A stretch of DNA of 28,888 nt from the IMG/VR virus record IMGVR_UViG_3300048785_000077, positions 1-28,888 of that record, one strand, 5' to 3'. Under the pieces are notes generated by a model. It had not been told where the DNA came from, did no database searches, and saw nothing but the letters and a program-made list of their open reading frames with translations. The position numbers and the translations under genes were made by a program. Positions 17,088 to 26,247 of this stretch are shown here, piece by piece (positions within the stretch are counted from its first letter, which is position 1; every line of letters begins with the position of its first letter). The stretch is from a virus (Duplodnaviria; Caudoviricetes).

Positions 17088-17382
17088 GTAAATTCGACAA
17101 TACCGCACAACACTTTAGTAATACGTCAACAGAGCACTATGCAGGGCGGAGGAGAGGGCTCTTTCCCTTCCCCCGCTCTCGTTCTCGTGCTCTGATGCTT
17201 TTGCGGCGGCGCGTTGAAAGCAGGGCAGATGCGCGCGGGGTGCCGGCGGCTGCGGGAGAACGGCGGGACTTGTCCGAGGAGGCGGGGCGGGGTGGCTTGG
17301 ACGTCCCGACGGTGCATGGTCGAAAAAATGGGAATCTAAAGTTCTCGCTAATAATAAACAACGAAAATAATAATAAAATAGC

Positions 17383-17411
17383 TTGACATTGGACCCCACT
17401 AATAATAAACT
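17383..17411 (+). promoter_or_regulatory. strong sigma70 promoter, probably leaderless
   Basis: AT-rich UP region, TTGACA-17 bp-TAAACT, ATG 6 nt downstream. Confidence 0.8.
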
Positions 17412-17417
17412 TCATTC

Positions 17418-17813
17418 ATGCCACACTGTAATCAATGCGAACAGGACTGGGAGCAGAGGAAGCTAGGCGGTGATCCTGTTCAGTGTCCAAGGTGTCATAG
17501 AACGGATTGGCGAGAGCCGAAGAAGGGGAAGAATGGAAAAACCGAAGGAAGGCTCGTATCTGAGAATGTGGAATTACCTGGCGGCATCTCGCGGTTTCCT
17601 CGGAAAGAACAGGCCTGTGTTAGCGGACCGGCAAATCCAGCAAGCGCAGGAAATATTAAATCTCCTAATGGACCCAGAGAACAACCTGGATTTGATGCGA
17701 AAGCCGTGATGTGCCCCTATACCGAGTACGATCCTGAGACCGGGGAGACGTATGGGTGCCTGTTGGCTGAGCATAGTCTGAAAATCAAGCATCGGCGCGG
17801 TCCTGCGATTTAG
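17418..17813 (+). CDS. Zn-ribbon hypothetical protein
   Basis: CNQC...W...P.QCPRC...W; second Cys/His cluster at the C-terminus. Confidence 0.7.
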   Translation: MPHCNQCEQDWEQRKLGGDPVQCPRCHRTDWREPKKGKNGKTEGRLVSENVELPGGISRFPRKEQACVSGPANPASAGNIKSPNGPREQPGFDAKAVMCPYTEYDPETGETYGCLLAEHSLKIKHRRGPAI

Positions 17814-17839
17814 TGACTCCATGTGGCGGGGAGGATGGT

Positions 17840-18094
17840 ATGACGAAACTGACTGAGCCGATACAGCGGTACTCATTTCCATCAGCAGAAGGGTATCCCG
17901 CTTTCGATATGGTGAGCTACGCCGATCATCTCGCAGCACTCGCCAAAGCGGAAGCGGAGCTGGACGCGCTCAAGGTGCAGTTGAGCGAGGCTGAATCTAT
18001 GCTTCGCATCGAGTCTGAGGCAGCGCGGAATTATCAAGCCGAGAACGCATCCCTGCGGGCGCAGGTAGCGCGGCTGACGGAGCCGGCTTTTTAG
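17840..18094 (+). CDS. coiled-coil hypothetical protein
   Basis: GGAGG SD; VSYADH.AAL followed by a coiled coil. Confidence 0.65.
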   Translation: MTKLTEPIQRYSFPSAEGYPAFDMVSYADHLAALAKAEAELDALKVQLSEAESMLRIESEAARNYQAENASLRAQVARLTEPAF

Positions 18095-18129
18095 TGCAAT
18101 CTCGCATCAAGGTCAAGTTATGGTATTGT
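18094..18129 (+). promoter_or_regulatory. motif copy 9 overlapping the promoter of the XRE gene
   Basis: TTA-GTGCAATCTCGCAT covers the -35 position of an extended -10 (TGG-TATTGT). Confidence 0.65.
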
Positions 18130-18135
18130 TAGGGA

Positions 18136-18507
18136 ATGGCGACGGATATCTTCGACGGCCCTAAACTGAAGTCTTTTCGCAAGCGGGCTCGTCTGACTCA
18201 GATGCAAGTGGTTACGATGGCCGGTGTATCAGAGACAACCATCTGCTACCTGGAGCGCGGCGACCGCAAACCGCAAAGCCGGACCCTCCAAAAACTATTG
18301 AACCTGTACGCCACGCGGATTGACTACTGGCGGCAGTTGGCTGCGAGACTCGAAGGAGAAGTGCATGTCGAAGGAAAAGTCGATCCCCAAGCGTCTGAGT
18401 GGAAACGAGGCTCTGGACTCAATCATGGAAGCAATCTACAAACGCCTGTCGGCTCACGGCCACTTCCACAGCCACAAAGCGTACCAGGGCTACAGCGCAA
18501 CCGTTAA
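18136..18507 (+). CDS. XRE-family HTH regulator
   Basis: LKSFRKRARLTQ...AGVSETTICYLERGDRKP. Confidence 0.85.
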   Translation: MATDIFDGPKLKSFRKRARLTQMQVVTMAGVSETTICYLERGDRKPQSRTLQKLLNLYATRIDYWRQLAARLEGEVHVEGKVDPQASEWKRGSGLNHGSNLQTPVGSRPLPQPQSVPGLQRNR

Positions 18508-18856
18508 GCTCGAATTCCGGCCGGCGCGCAGTTTCTCCCCGCCTTTGACCGATGACTTCACCGTGGAAGACTTGGATCCCGGTGTGGAGTTGGAACCGGC
18601 TATGTACGAAACAGTTGAGATCCCCGTCCGTCCCCCAAACCAGGTACGCGAGGAAGCTGGGCTAGATATGCCAGTGCAGGTAGAGGAGCGGGGTCAGTTG
18701 GTCGAGCGCTTCATCCCCCCGGCGAAGTATAAGGGCAGGCTGAAGCCCAACGGCAAGAAGCCATCCACGGCGAGCATGGACACGCCCGCGGTCCCGGGAA
18801 CGAACCCGGTGAGCGATGAAGTAGTCGAGCAGTTCGGCGTACAAACGAGGCCGTAA
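18365..18856 (+). CDS. hypothetical protein
   Basis: AAGGAG SD before MSKEKS; overlaps the XRE tail by 143 nt. Confidence 0.7.
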   Translation: MSKEKSIPKRLSGNEALDSIMEAIYKRLSAHGHFHSHKAYQGYSATVKLEFRPARSFSPPLTDDFTVEDLDPGVELEPAMYETVEIPVRPPNQVREEAGLDMPVQVEERGQLVERFIPPAKYKGRLKPNGKKPSTASMDTPAVPGTNPVSDEVVEQFGVQTRP

Positions 18857-19024
18857 ATGACGCGCGAAGAAAAGGTCCATCAAATCGCAGATCAGATGCA
18901 GGAGTTGCTCAGGCAGCCGGGAGTTGAAATGTACCTCGTTCCTGACGCCGAGCATACGGTGCTGATTCACGGAAGGGTCAACCTGCTTCTTCTCGCGGAG
19001 TGGGTTCTGGCGAGAACGGGATAG
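18857..19024 (+). CDS. 55-aa hypothetical protein
   Basis: GAGG SD; MTREEKVHQ...; exactly fills the gap between its neighbours. Confidence 0.65.
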   Translation: MTREEKVHQIADQMQELLRQPGVEMYLVPDAEHTVLIHGRVNLLLLAEWVLARTG

Positions 19025-19786
19025 ATGCCTCCAGCCAAGTTCAAACCCGCTCGTGACAAGAGCAACGCCGAACTCAGGCGGGCCGCACTCCAGCGCCTCC
19101 AGAACCGCTGGAACCTCGACAACGAGGATGGCGAGTGGGAACCCCAGACGGAGCCGGTCATCACGCCGGGACTAAAGGAAATACCGGGAGGAATCGAATT
19201 GTGCATCCGAGTTCTTCGATCGCACGAAGATGACGATGCCCGCCAGTTCCTTGAGATGTACGACCAGTGCAGCAAGACTGACCGCGCCCACTTGCGTATC
19301 GAGGACATTGCGCACGCATCTGGAATCGGATCGCTACGCCTAAGGGAGATCGTCGGCACGGCGCTGTTTATCTACGCCGACAGCCAAGCTCAGATGATTC
19401 TATCCGCGTCCATGCCCAAGGTCATGCGTTCCACGGTGAAGGCTGCGACGGACGAAGTACCCATCACCGCAACCGTAATCGAAAGAGACGGCGCGATTGT
19501 AACCAAGGTGGTAGGAAAGACCAACGGGGACGTCAGGGCGATGGAGATGTTGCTCAAGTCTCGTGGCATTCTTCCGATCCCCAAGGGATCGCAGATCGCT
19601 ATCCAAGTGAACGCTGGCGACAAGGAATCCAAGCAACTTGAATCCGGACACACCTGGAAGTACCCCGAGGACCGGCTCAAGGAAATCGTAGCCGTGACTA
19701 ACCCCAAGCAGCTCGAAGCGAGCCACGTCACGACCGGCGAGCCGATTCACTTCGATCACAACAAGCCGATGGTGTTTGAAAGGTAA
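19025..19786 (+). CDS. hypothetical protein, terminase small subunit candidate
   Basis: Position upstream of TerL; helical; GDVRAMEMLL motif. Confidence 0.5.
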   Translation: MPPAKFKPARDKSNAELRRAALQRLQNRWNLDNEDGEWEPQTEPVITPGLKEIPGGIELCIRVLRSHEDDDARQFLEMYDQCSKTDRAHLRIEDIAHASGIGSLRLREIVGTALFIYADSQAQMILSASMPKVMRSTVKAATDEVPITATVIERDGAIVTKVVGKTNGDVRAMEMLLKSRGILPIPKGSQIAIQVNAGDKESKQLESGHTWKYPEDRLKEIVAVTNPKQLEASHVTTGEPIHFDHNKPMVFER

Positions 19787-19790
19787 TAAG

Positions 19791-20024
19791 ATGAGCCAAT
19801 CGGAACCAAATGGAATTTATGTTTATCAGCCGTTTGGAATACAAGACGGAAAAGAGAGATGGTCGCTCGGCTTGATTTATGGCGTCGGGGGCCTTCCAAA
19901 CCTCACTCGAATCGAAGGTCTCACCAAAGACGGCGCGGAACGAGTAGCGGCTGCATTGAGGCATGAGCATTCCTGCGAGTGCATGGACGCATCGGGACGC
20001 TGCATGATCACCGGAGAGGTTTGA
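19791..20024 (+). CDS. hypothetical protein
   Basis: AAGGT SD-like sequence; lies between the TerS candidate and TerL. Confidence 0.6.
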   Translation: MSQSEPNGIYVYQPFGIQDGKERWSLGLIYGVGGLPNLTRIEGLTKDGAERVAAALRHEHSCECMDASGRCMITGEV

Positions 20025-20061
20025 TATTTTCTCAAAACGCCTCGCTACCGAACAACTCTCC

Positions 20062-22194
20062 ATGCTTTCGGAGCACTCCGCCAAGTCGGAGACCGGCCTA
20101 TGGATTCCCGAATACCACTCCCTTTCCCAGATCGACAGCTTCAACTCCCACTTCAAGACGCTGGCGGAAAAAGCGGAACGTGCCGACGAAGACGTGGAGT
20201 CCGCTCTTGGTCCGGATGAATTGAACTGGATTCAGAATGAGTATGCCATCTGCGCCTGTGACGACCGCTACTGGATGGAGAGCTATTTCTACATCAATGA
20301 CGACAGCAAGCTGGTCCGATTCAATGCTCGATTCTCTCAGTCCATGTTGATCGACACCTGGGCCGAACGCGAAGAGGCCGGGCTTCCCATTGAGCAACAG
20401 ATCCTCAAGGCTCGCCAGCAGGGAATCTCGACGCTGGTCGAAGGGGCCATCGCCAAGAAAGTAAACTTCGGCATCGGCATCAAGGCGGCGGTAGCCTCCT
20501 ACGATCAGGACGCCTGCGAGCGCATGGGCGGCATGATGGAGCTTGCCTTCAACGAGATGCCCTCATGGATGAAGGCCAACCCTACAAGCGACCGCGCCGG
20601 GTCACTGAAGGCATTCGCTGCTACCAATACGCGCTTGACCTTGTATTCGGGCAAGAAGGCTTCAGGTATCGCCCGTGGTGACACTCCGTCAGTCCTTCAT
20701 ATCTCCGAAGTCTCAATCTTCCCTGACGCATCGAACGTGATTGAGAAGTCTCTGTTTCAGGCCGTCCACCCTTCCCCCAACACGTTCATGATCCTCGAGT
20801 CGACGGGCAACGGAAACACGGACTGGTGGGCGCGCACGTGGTACTCCAGCAGGGACTACTGGGCATCTGGCGGGGCAAGGCTCCAGCCGATATTCTTCCC
20901 ATTCTTCATCGCCGTCGACTTGTTCCCCACTCCGACGTGGCGCCGCGAGCACCCCGTACCAAGGGACTGGCAGATGCTCACCGAGACTCGGCAGATGATG
21001 GCCAAGGCTGCAGAGTACGTCCACCAGACGCCTTTGATTCGCAAGTACGCGGGCGACGGTTGGAGGATGCAGGACTTTCAAGCCTACTACTGGGAGCAGG
21101 AGTTGAAGGAAGCACGGCGCAAGGGCGAAGAGAATTCGTTCTATCAGGAGCGCCCGATGGACGACAACGAAGCCCTTCGGCCAAAGAAAGACCTTGTATT
21201 CAATCTGATGGAGGTCAAGAAACAGGAGGAGACGCGCTCAGATTACACGGTCTGGTCAATCATCGGCGAGCAGGTTCAGGAGCGATACTGCCCCGATCCG
21301 GTGGACATCGACTACGATGCCGACAGGTTCCGAGTGAGCTATGACGGCAACATCACCGACCTTCGCGGGAGGATGGCAAAGACGTTCTGGTGGGAGTTTG
21401 TTCCGATCAAGCAGCCTGTTGAGACGGGCATCGACCTGTTCGACGTGGAGCGCAAGTGCATGATCTACCGCTGGCCGGAAGCTGGGTACACCTACGGAAT
21501 CGGCGTGGACAACTCAGGCGGAACAGGAAAGGACGGCACCTACCTCAGCGTGAACGGGAAAGCGATCTACGGGAATGAGCCCGACTTTCAGGCTGCGTGC
21601 TGGTGGTCGAACAAGACTGACCCCTCGCTGGTGCATCCGTACATCATGGCGCTGGCATCACTCTATGGGTCCGAGATGCCTGATGGAACTCACCCGATTG
21701 TGGGCATCGAGCAGGTCTATGGCCTGGGCGACACGCCGCAGATTCAGATGCTTTCGATGGGCTGGAACAAACGCAACTTCTACCACTTTAGCCGACTGGA
21801 CGGCATGAACCCCGAGCACGACAAAAAGAAGTCAAAGCGCATGGGCTGGTACACGACGGAATGGAGCCGTAACTTCATGCTCTCGCTCTACAAGACGGCC
21901 GTAGAGAATCACTGGCGCAAGGTCAATGACCCATTCCTGCTGAAGCACGAGATTCCCGCGTTCCAGATCGACAAGACAGAAGGCGGCAAGACGCGGTGGG
22001 ACCATCAGGACGGCAAGCGGGACGACAGGATCTTCGGAGACGGCATCGCCTACTGCATCATGAACGATACGGAAAGCATGACCCGGCGGGTGCTGAACAA
22101 GTTTGAGGGCGACGAGGAAGAGATTGAGATTGATTATGGGTATCCAGTGGGCATAAACTCAACACTTGAAGAGATGATGGGAGCGGAACTGTGA
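20062..22194 (+). CDS. terL: terminase large subunit
   Basis: ILKARQQGIST Walker A, LHISE Walker B, ESTGNG, IGVD and DDRI nuclease motifs; start uncertain. Confidence 0.92.
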   Translation: MLSEHSAKSETGLWIPEYHSLSQIDSFNSHFKTLAEKAERADEDVESALGPDELNWIQNEYAICACDDRYWMESYFYINDDSKLVRFNARFSQSMLIDTWAEREEAGLPIEQQILKARQQGISTLVEGAIAKKVNFGIGIKAAVASYDQDACERMGGMMELAFNEMPSWMKANPTSDRAGSLKAFAATNTRLTLYSGKKASGIARGDTPSVLHISEVSIFPDASNVIEKSLFQAVHPSPNTFMILESTGNGNTDWWARTWYSSRDYWASGGARLQPIFFPFFIAVDLFPTPTWRREHPVPRDWQMLTETRQMMAKAAEYVHQTPLIRKYAGDGWRMQDFQAYYWEQELKEARRKGEENSFYQERPMDDNEALRPKKDLVFNLMEVKKQEETRSDYTVWSIIGEQVQERYCPDPVDIDYDADRFRVSYDGNITDLRGRMAKTFWWEFVPIKQPVETGIDLFDVERKCMIYRWPEAGYTYGIGVDNSGGTGKDGTYLSVNGKAIYGNEPDFQAACWWSNKTDPSLVHPYIMALASLYGSEMPDGTHPIVGIEQVYGLGDTPQIQMLSMGWNKRNFYHFSRLDGMNPEHDKKKSKRMGWYTTEWSRNFMLSLYKTAVENHWRKVNDPFLLKHEIPAFQIDKTEGGKTRWDHQDGKRDDRIFGDGIAYCIMNDTESMTRRVLNKFEGDEEEIEIDYGYPVGINSTLEEMMGAEL
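22144..22194 (+). repeat. 51-bp perfect direct repeat copy 1
   Basis: Identical to 22454-22504. Confidence 0.95.
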
Positions 22195-22466
22195 CAGCTG
22201 GATTCGAGAAGTGGTGGAGCGAGCAGGGCCGCTTTATGGACCCCGATACCGAAGACGTGCATTGGTACGACAAGCGGGAAGCTCTCGCTCGTCTAGCCTT
22301 CGATGAGGGCGTGAAGATTGGGATGGCGATAGCGGGGAATTACGTTGCCGATGATTACATTTATCCGACATGTGTGCGATTTGCCAACGGAAGAACGGTC
22401 ACACTCCTCAAAGATCCGATTCCACATCTGGAAATATCTTCCACAGAGGTTAACCAGTGGGCATAA
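22191..22466 (+). CDS. hypothetical protein bracketed by the direct repeat
   Basis: GTGA-coupled to terL; FEKWW motif. Confidence 0.7.
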   Translation: MTAGFEKWWSEQGRFMDPDTEDVHWYDKREALARLAFDEGVKIGMAIAGNYVADDYIYPTCVRFANGRTVTLLKDPIPHLEISSTEVNQWA

Positions 22467-22504
22467 ACTCAACACTTGAAGAGATGATGGGAGCGGAACT
22501 GTGA
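22454..22504 (+). repeat. 51-bp perfect direct repeat copy 2
   Basis: Identical to 22144-22194. Confidence 0.95.
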
Positions 22505-23067
22505 ACGACTACCCTAAATCCGATTTCTCGATTTATTCGGTATCTCCAGCGAGTCGAACAGAGGCGGAGCCGCTCGTGCGGGCGCATTATTTGAAACGTT
22601 GGCCAGGTGTCGTAACCGCCACCTTGGGAATGTGGAAAGGCCCGTTCTTGGTTGGCGTAATCGTGTTCGCGCTTCCACCCCGCGAAACAGCGAAACGATA
22701 CCGGGTGCATGTCGCGTGGGAGTTGGCAAGGTTGTACATCATGGACTCCGAGCCGTTTAACTCTGAGACGTGGTTTATGGCGAAGGCTATCAAGTGGGTG
22801 CGCGGCACATTCCCGGCAGTTGAAATGCTAGTGTCTTATGCCGACCCATCGGCGGGACACGCGGGCATCATCTACAAGGCTGCAAACTGGCGGCAAGATG
22901 GCCGTACCGATCAAGAACGGAAGACGCCGCGCTTCGACTATGGAGTAGGTGGTAAAGTGTACTCCCGGCGATCTCATGTCCCAAATGGAGCAACAGTGGA
23001 CAGGATACCGAGAGTTTCAAAGTTTCGATTCACCTATCGACTCAGGAAAGAAACGGTGGCATCATGA
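22501..23067 (+). CDS. mom: Mom-like (GNAT-fold) DNA modification protein
   Basis: HYL, GVIVF, WELARL, NSETWF, VSYADP..GH.GIIYKAANW. Confidence 0.8.
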   Translation: MNDYPKSDFSIYSVSPASRTEAEPLVRAHYLKRWPGVVTATLGMWKGPFLVGVIVFALPPRETAKRYRVHVAWELARLYIMDSEPFNSETWFMAKAIKWVRGTFPAVEMLVSYADPSAGHAGIIYKAANWRQDGRTDQERKTPRFDYGVGGKVYSRRSHVPNGATVDRIPRVSKFRFTYRLRKETVAS

Positions 23068-23522
23068 GCTTTATTATTCTTCCCGGCGAGCAGAAAGACG
23101 ACTGGGCATTCGAGAACGGCAAAGAGGTCCTCTGGTATCTGGAGAACCCCATGACGCGTGTCGTCCAGATCACCGCACCAATGGCCCCCATCCCTTACGG
23201 CTTTAACCGTCACAAGACGAATCAGCCAAAGGAGATGGACCGCGTATTCCGCAAACTGCACGAGCAAGAGCGGGACAAGAACGCGCAGGTCATCGAGAAG
23301 ATGTGGAGCCGTGGCCGAGCTCAGTACGAGGCCTTGCGTGACAGGCTGAATCAACGGCTCGTATCGGCTGACACGAAGGTATGGGAGAAGGCATTCATCC
23401 GCGAATCGTTGCGGCTGATGAGCGAGCGCGACAATGAGGCTCAGAAGAATAATGTCTATGGTATTTCGGCGATGGAAGAGTCTCCCGCGCCACTTGAAGG
23501 CGCAAGAACGAGGGTGAACTAG
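23064..23522 (+). CDS. hypothetical protein
   Basis: ATGA-coupled; codon usage like the head genes. Confidence 0.75.
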   Translation: MSFIILPGEQKDDWAFENGKEVLWYLENPMTRVVQITAPMAPIPYGFNRHKTNQPKEMDRVFRKLHEQERDKNAQVIEKMWSRGRAQYEALRDRLNQRLVSADTKVWEKAFIRESLRLMSERDNEAQKNNVYGISAMEESPAPLEGARTRVN

Positions 23523-23807
23523 ATGAGACTGAGAATTCTTGACATCAACTGCCGGTGGTTCTGGTTTACTTTGTTCTTTCGCGTAGACCACAGTCCTAAT
23601 ACTGGCTACCACATTGAATCCAGCCTCTACGAATATCAACGGTGGTCTGGTCCGTGGTTTCACTTCTGGATGTGGGAGTCTCTGCCGGATATGAGGCCGC
23701 AAGTGGCTCTCAAGCCGCGCAGTGAAGGGATAGCTACACTTGCGCAGGCAATGACGAATCCAGAACTTAAGGTAGGCACGAAGTCGCGATTCGAGGATGT
23801 GAACTGA
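23523..23807 (+). CDS. hypothetical protein (Trp/Phe-rich)
   Basis: Fills the gap; TGATG-coupled to the portal. Confidence 0.6.
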   Translation: MRLRILDINCRWFWFTLFFRVDHSPNTGYHIESSLYEYQRWSGPWFHFWMWESLPDMRPQVALKPRSEGIATLAQAMTNPELKVGTKSRFEDVN

Positions 23808-25936
23808 TGGCTGAGCGAGACGAGATAAATTGGCAGTGCCCCGATTTTGAGTCTCCCGATGCAACCAAGCTCGGGTTTCTCAAGCGTTGCATCTCGCAAG
23901 GCATCGCGTGGCAGCAGGAGAACTGCAACACGTCCGACATGCAGCGGGCGATGGACATTCTCGCGGGCAAGACGGGCGGGAAAGTCTCGTCGAAGTGGGC
24001 CAAGTTCACCACGGGCGACCTGAAGCGTGGCATCTTGGAAATCGTCGAAACGCTCTCCGACATCCGCCCCTACTGGGGTTACTCGACGGACAACAAAGCC
24101 TTCCTCGAAGAAGCAAACATGATGAGCCGAGTGGCGAAGGCAATCTACCTGGAGTCCTTCGTCGACCGCGCCATCAAGGATGCGCTCCAGTTCGCCGCGG
24201 TGTCGGGGGCCGGGTTCATCTATCCCTTCTATTCGCGGTCCATGTTCGGCGCCGGCGACGGTGAGTTCGTGTTCATGGCGCTGGGGCAGCCCGACGTGCT
24301 CCCGATCCAGCTTGGACGCAGCAAGGACTACCAGAACGCCTACATCGTCACGCTGGCCATCCCGATGGGCATTGCTGAGGCTCATGCAAGGTTCCCTGAG
24401 TTCCAGCAGTTCTTGAAGCCGTTCTCGAAGAAAAGGTACGGTCGCACTAAGGGCGGCGAAGACATCAGAAGGAGCGATACGAGCCGCTGGCGCTTTCATA
24501 ACATTGAGGGGCAACTCGAAAGCTATACCGACGTGTTTTACACCTACGTTCTGGACCTGAGAGTCAACTACGGCGAGGTTGACGAAAAAGGCGACCCGAT
24601 TCTCGGCGAAGACGGCAACCTCATCGGCAAAGAGTTAGACATGGGCCAAGTGGGAACAAGCTGGTACTACAAAGTTCCCTATGTCGGCCAGTCAATCACG
24701 CGCTTTGAGGGCGGCGCAAGCGTTACGCGGCCGGCTACGGAGGATGATTGCCGAGTGTATCCTCAACGACGGCTGCTGATCCATTGTGACGGCGCTTTGA
24801 TGTACGATGGCCCAGCATTCGACTGGCACAGCATGGTTCCCCTGGTGCCCTTCTATCTCGACGAATGGGCATGGGAGCCGACCGGATATTCCCTGTTCAA
24901 CGGTACGGCGGCAACACAGGATGCGATTGATGACCTGATGCGATCGATCTACCGGGTAGCGATGGCTCGCGCAATGCCCGGAAAGGTCTACAACATCGAC
25001 ATCACCACTGGCGAGAAGGCCGGCAAGCTCACCTCGCGGCAAGCGGAAGGGCTTGATCCGTTGAGCCCGGACATTACCTGGGGCATCGACGGAGACATCA
25101 AGGAGCCCGTCTTAAAGCCTCCAATGCCGGAATGGTGCTACAACGTGCCCGAGTGGGTGATGAAGGTCGTAGAGTTCCTTCAGGCGTCCATCCTTCGCCA
25201 GTTGGGCCATGACCAAATCAAAGCGCTTGAGAAGCTGCGCGGCAACATCTCCGACCCAGAGAAACTGCTCGACGCAGAAGGCCCCACGGTCATGGGCACA
25301 TCGCGGTCGATGGAGCGTGGATTCAGAGACCTGGCGGAGATGCTTAAGTTCCTTGTGATCCAGTACATGCCGGTGCGGACGCTCATTGACTATCTTGGCA
25401 CGGACGGCATTCCAGCTACGGTGTTCGATTATTCCCCGGATATGGTGATTCCTTCGCACATGCCGGGAGAGCAGACGGTCGATCCGATGGGCCAGCCCGT
25501 TGCTTCCAGCGTGGAGACGTTGACCCGGGCCAAGACGTTCGCGCGCAATCTGCGGACGTTCATGACACCGCATTCGATGCACTACATCGCCCAGGCCAAG
25601 CAGAGGCTCGACACGCTAGCGTTGCTCGGCAAGGGTGTGCCGGTTGACCCTGAGACGATTGCGAACACGTTTGATCTTCCGAACTGGGGCAGCATCGACG
25701 GGTCGACGATCAAGGAGAAGGTTCTCAACTGGGCCAAAGAGCAGGTTACCCAGAAGGCACAGATCGCCAAGCTCGAAAAGGCGGAGGGTCTTGTTCCGCC
25801 AGAGGATGCCGGAGGGAAGCCGGGACCGAAGCCCGGTCAGGCTGGCGCGGGTAGGCCCAACACCAACAAGAAACCCGCCGCAATTGCTCAGAAGGGCACT
25901 GCTGGCGGCGGAAGAGTAGTACGGAAAACGAGTTAG
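23807..25936 (+). CDS. portal protein (probable)
   Basis: 709 aa between TerL and scaffold/capsid; PLVPF...SLF...QDAIDDL pattern of long portals. Confidence 0.75.
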   Translation: MAERDEINWQCPDFESPDATKLGFLKRCISQGIAWQQENCNTSDMQRAMDILAGKTGGKVSSKWAKFTTGDLKRGILEIVETLSDIRPYWGYSTDNKAFLEEANMMSRVAKAIYLESFVDRAIKDALQFAAVSGAGFIYPFYSRSMFGAGDGEFVFMALGQPDVLPIQLGRSKDYQNAYIVTLAIPMGIAEAHARFPEFQQFLKPFSKKRYGRTKGGEDIRRSDTSRWRFHNIEGQLESYTDVFYTYVLDLRVNYGEVDEKGDPILGEDGNLIGKELDMGQVGTSWYYKVPYVGQSITRFEGGASVTRPATEDDCRVYPQRRLLIHCDGALMYDGPAFDWHSMVPLVPFYLDEWAWEPTGYSLFNGTAATQDAIDDLMRSIYRVAMARAMPGKVYNIDITTGEKAGKLTSRQAEGLDPLSPDITWGIDGDIKEPVLKPPMPEWCYNVPEWVMKVVEFLQASILRQLGHDQIKALEKLRGNISDPEKLLDAEGPTVMGTSRSMERGFRDLAEMLKFLVIQYMPVRTLIDYLGTDGIPATVFDYSPDMVIPSHMPGEQTVDPMGQPVASSVETLTRAKTFARNLRTFMTPHSMHYIAQAKQRLDTLALLGKGVPVDPETIANTFDLPNWGSIDGSTIKEKVLNWAKEQVTQKAQIAKLEKAEGLVPPEDAGGKPGPKPGQAGAGRPNTNKKPAAIAQKGTAGGGRVVRKTS

Positions 25937-25943
25937 GAGAATC

Positions 25944-26189
25944 ATGGACCCCAAAACAAAAAGCGTTCTAACGGATGAGACAGCATTCAAACCAGACACG
26001 GAAACTGTGGAGGGATGGAACTCTCTACTTCGCGAAACTCTGGACTTCATTCACGAAGAGGGCCAGTCAGGAACACTCACGGCGCACTTCCGGCCCGGTG
26101 GTGTGATGACGGCATTGGTGTTCAAGGAAACAACCACGATTCCGCAGGCGCAAAGGGCGCTGCTTTCGGATAACAGCCAACCCGAGTAG
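25944..26189 (+). CDS. hypothetical protein
   Basis: AGGAG SD. Confidence 0.7.
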   Translation: MDPKTKSVLTDETAFKPDTETVEGWNSLLRETLDFIHEEGQSGTLTAHFRPGGVMTALVFKETTTIPQAQRALLSDNSQPE

Positions 26190-26247
26190 TGAGCAAAATT
26201 GCTATCCGGAGAATCTATTCTGGGAGTAGGATAATCTCGAGGCGCTC

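Noticed and set aside
12472-18107. Palindrome copies as integron attC or att sites
   Set aside because: No integrase seen, no GTTRRRY cores, and several copies lie inside conserved ORFs; a binding-site role is simpler.
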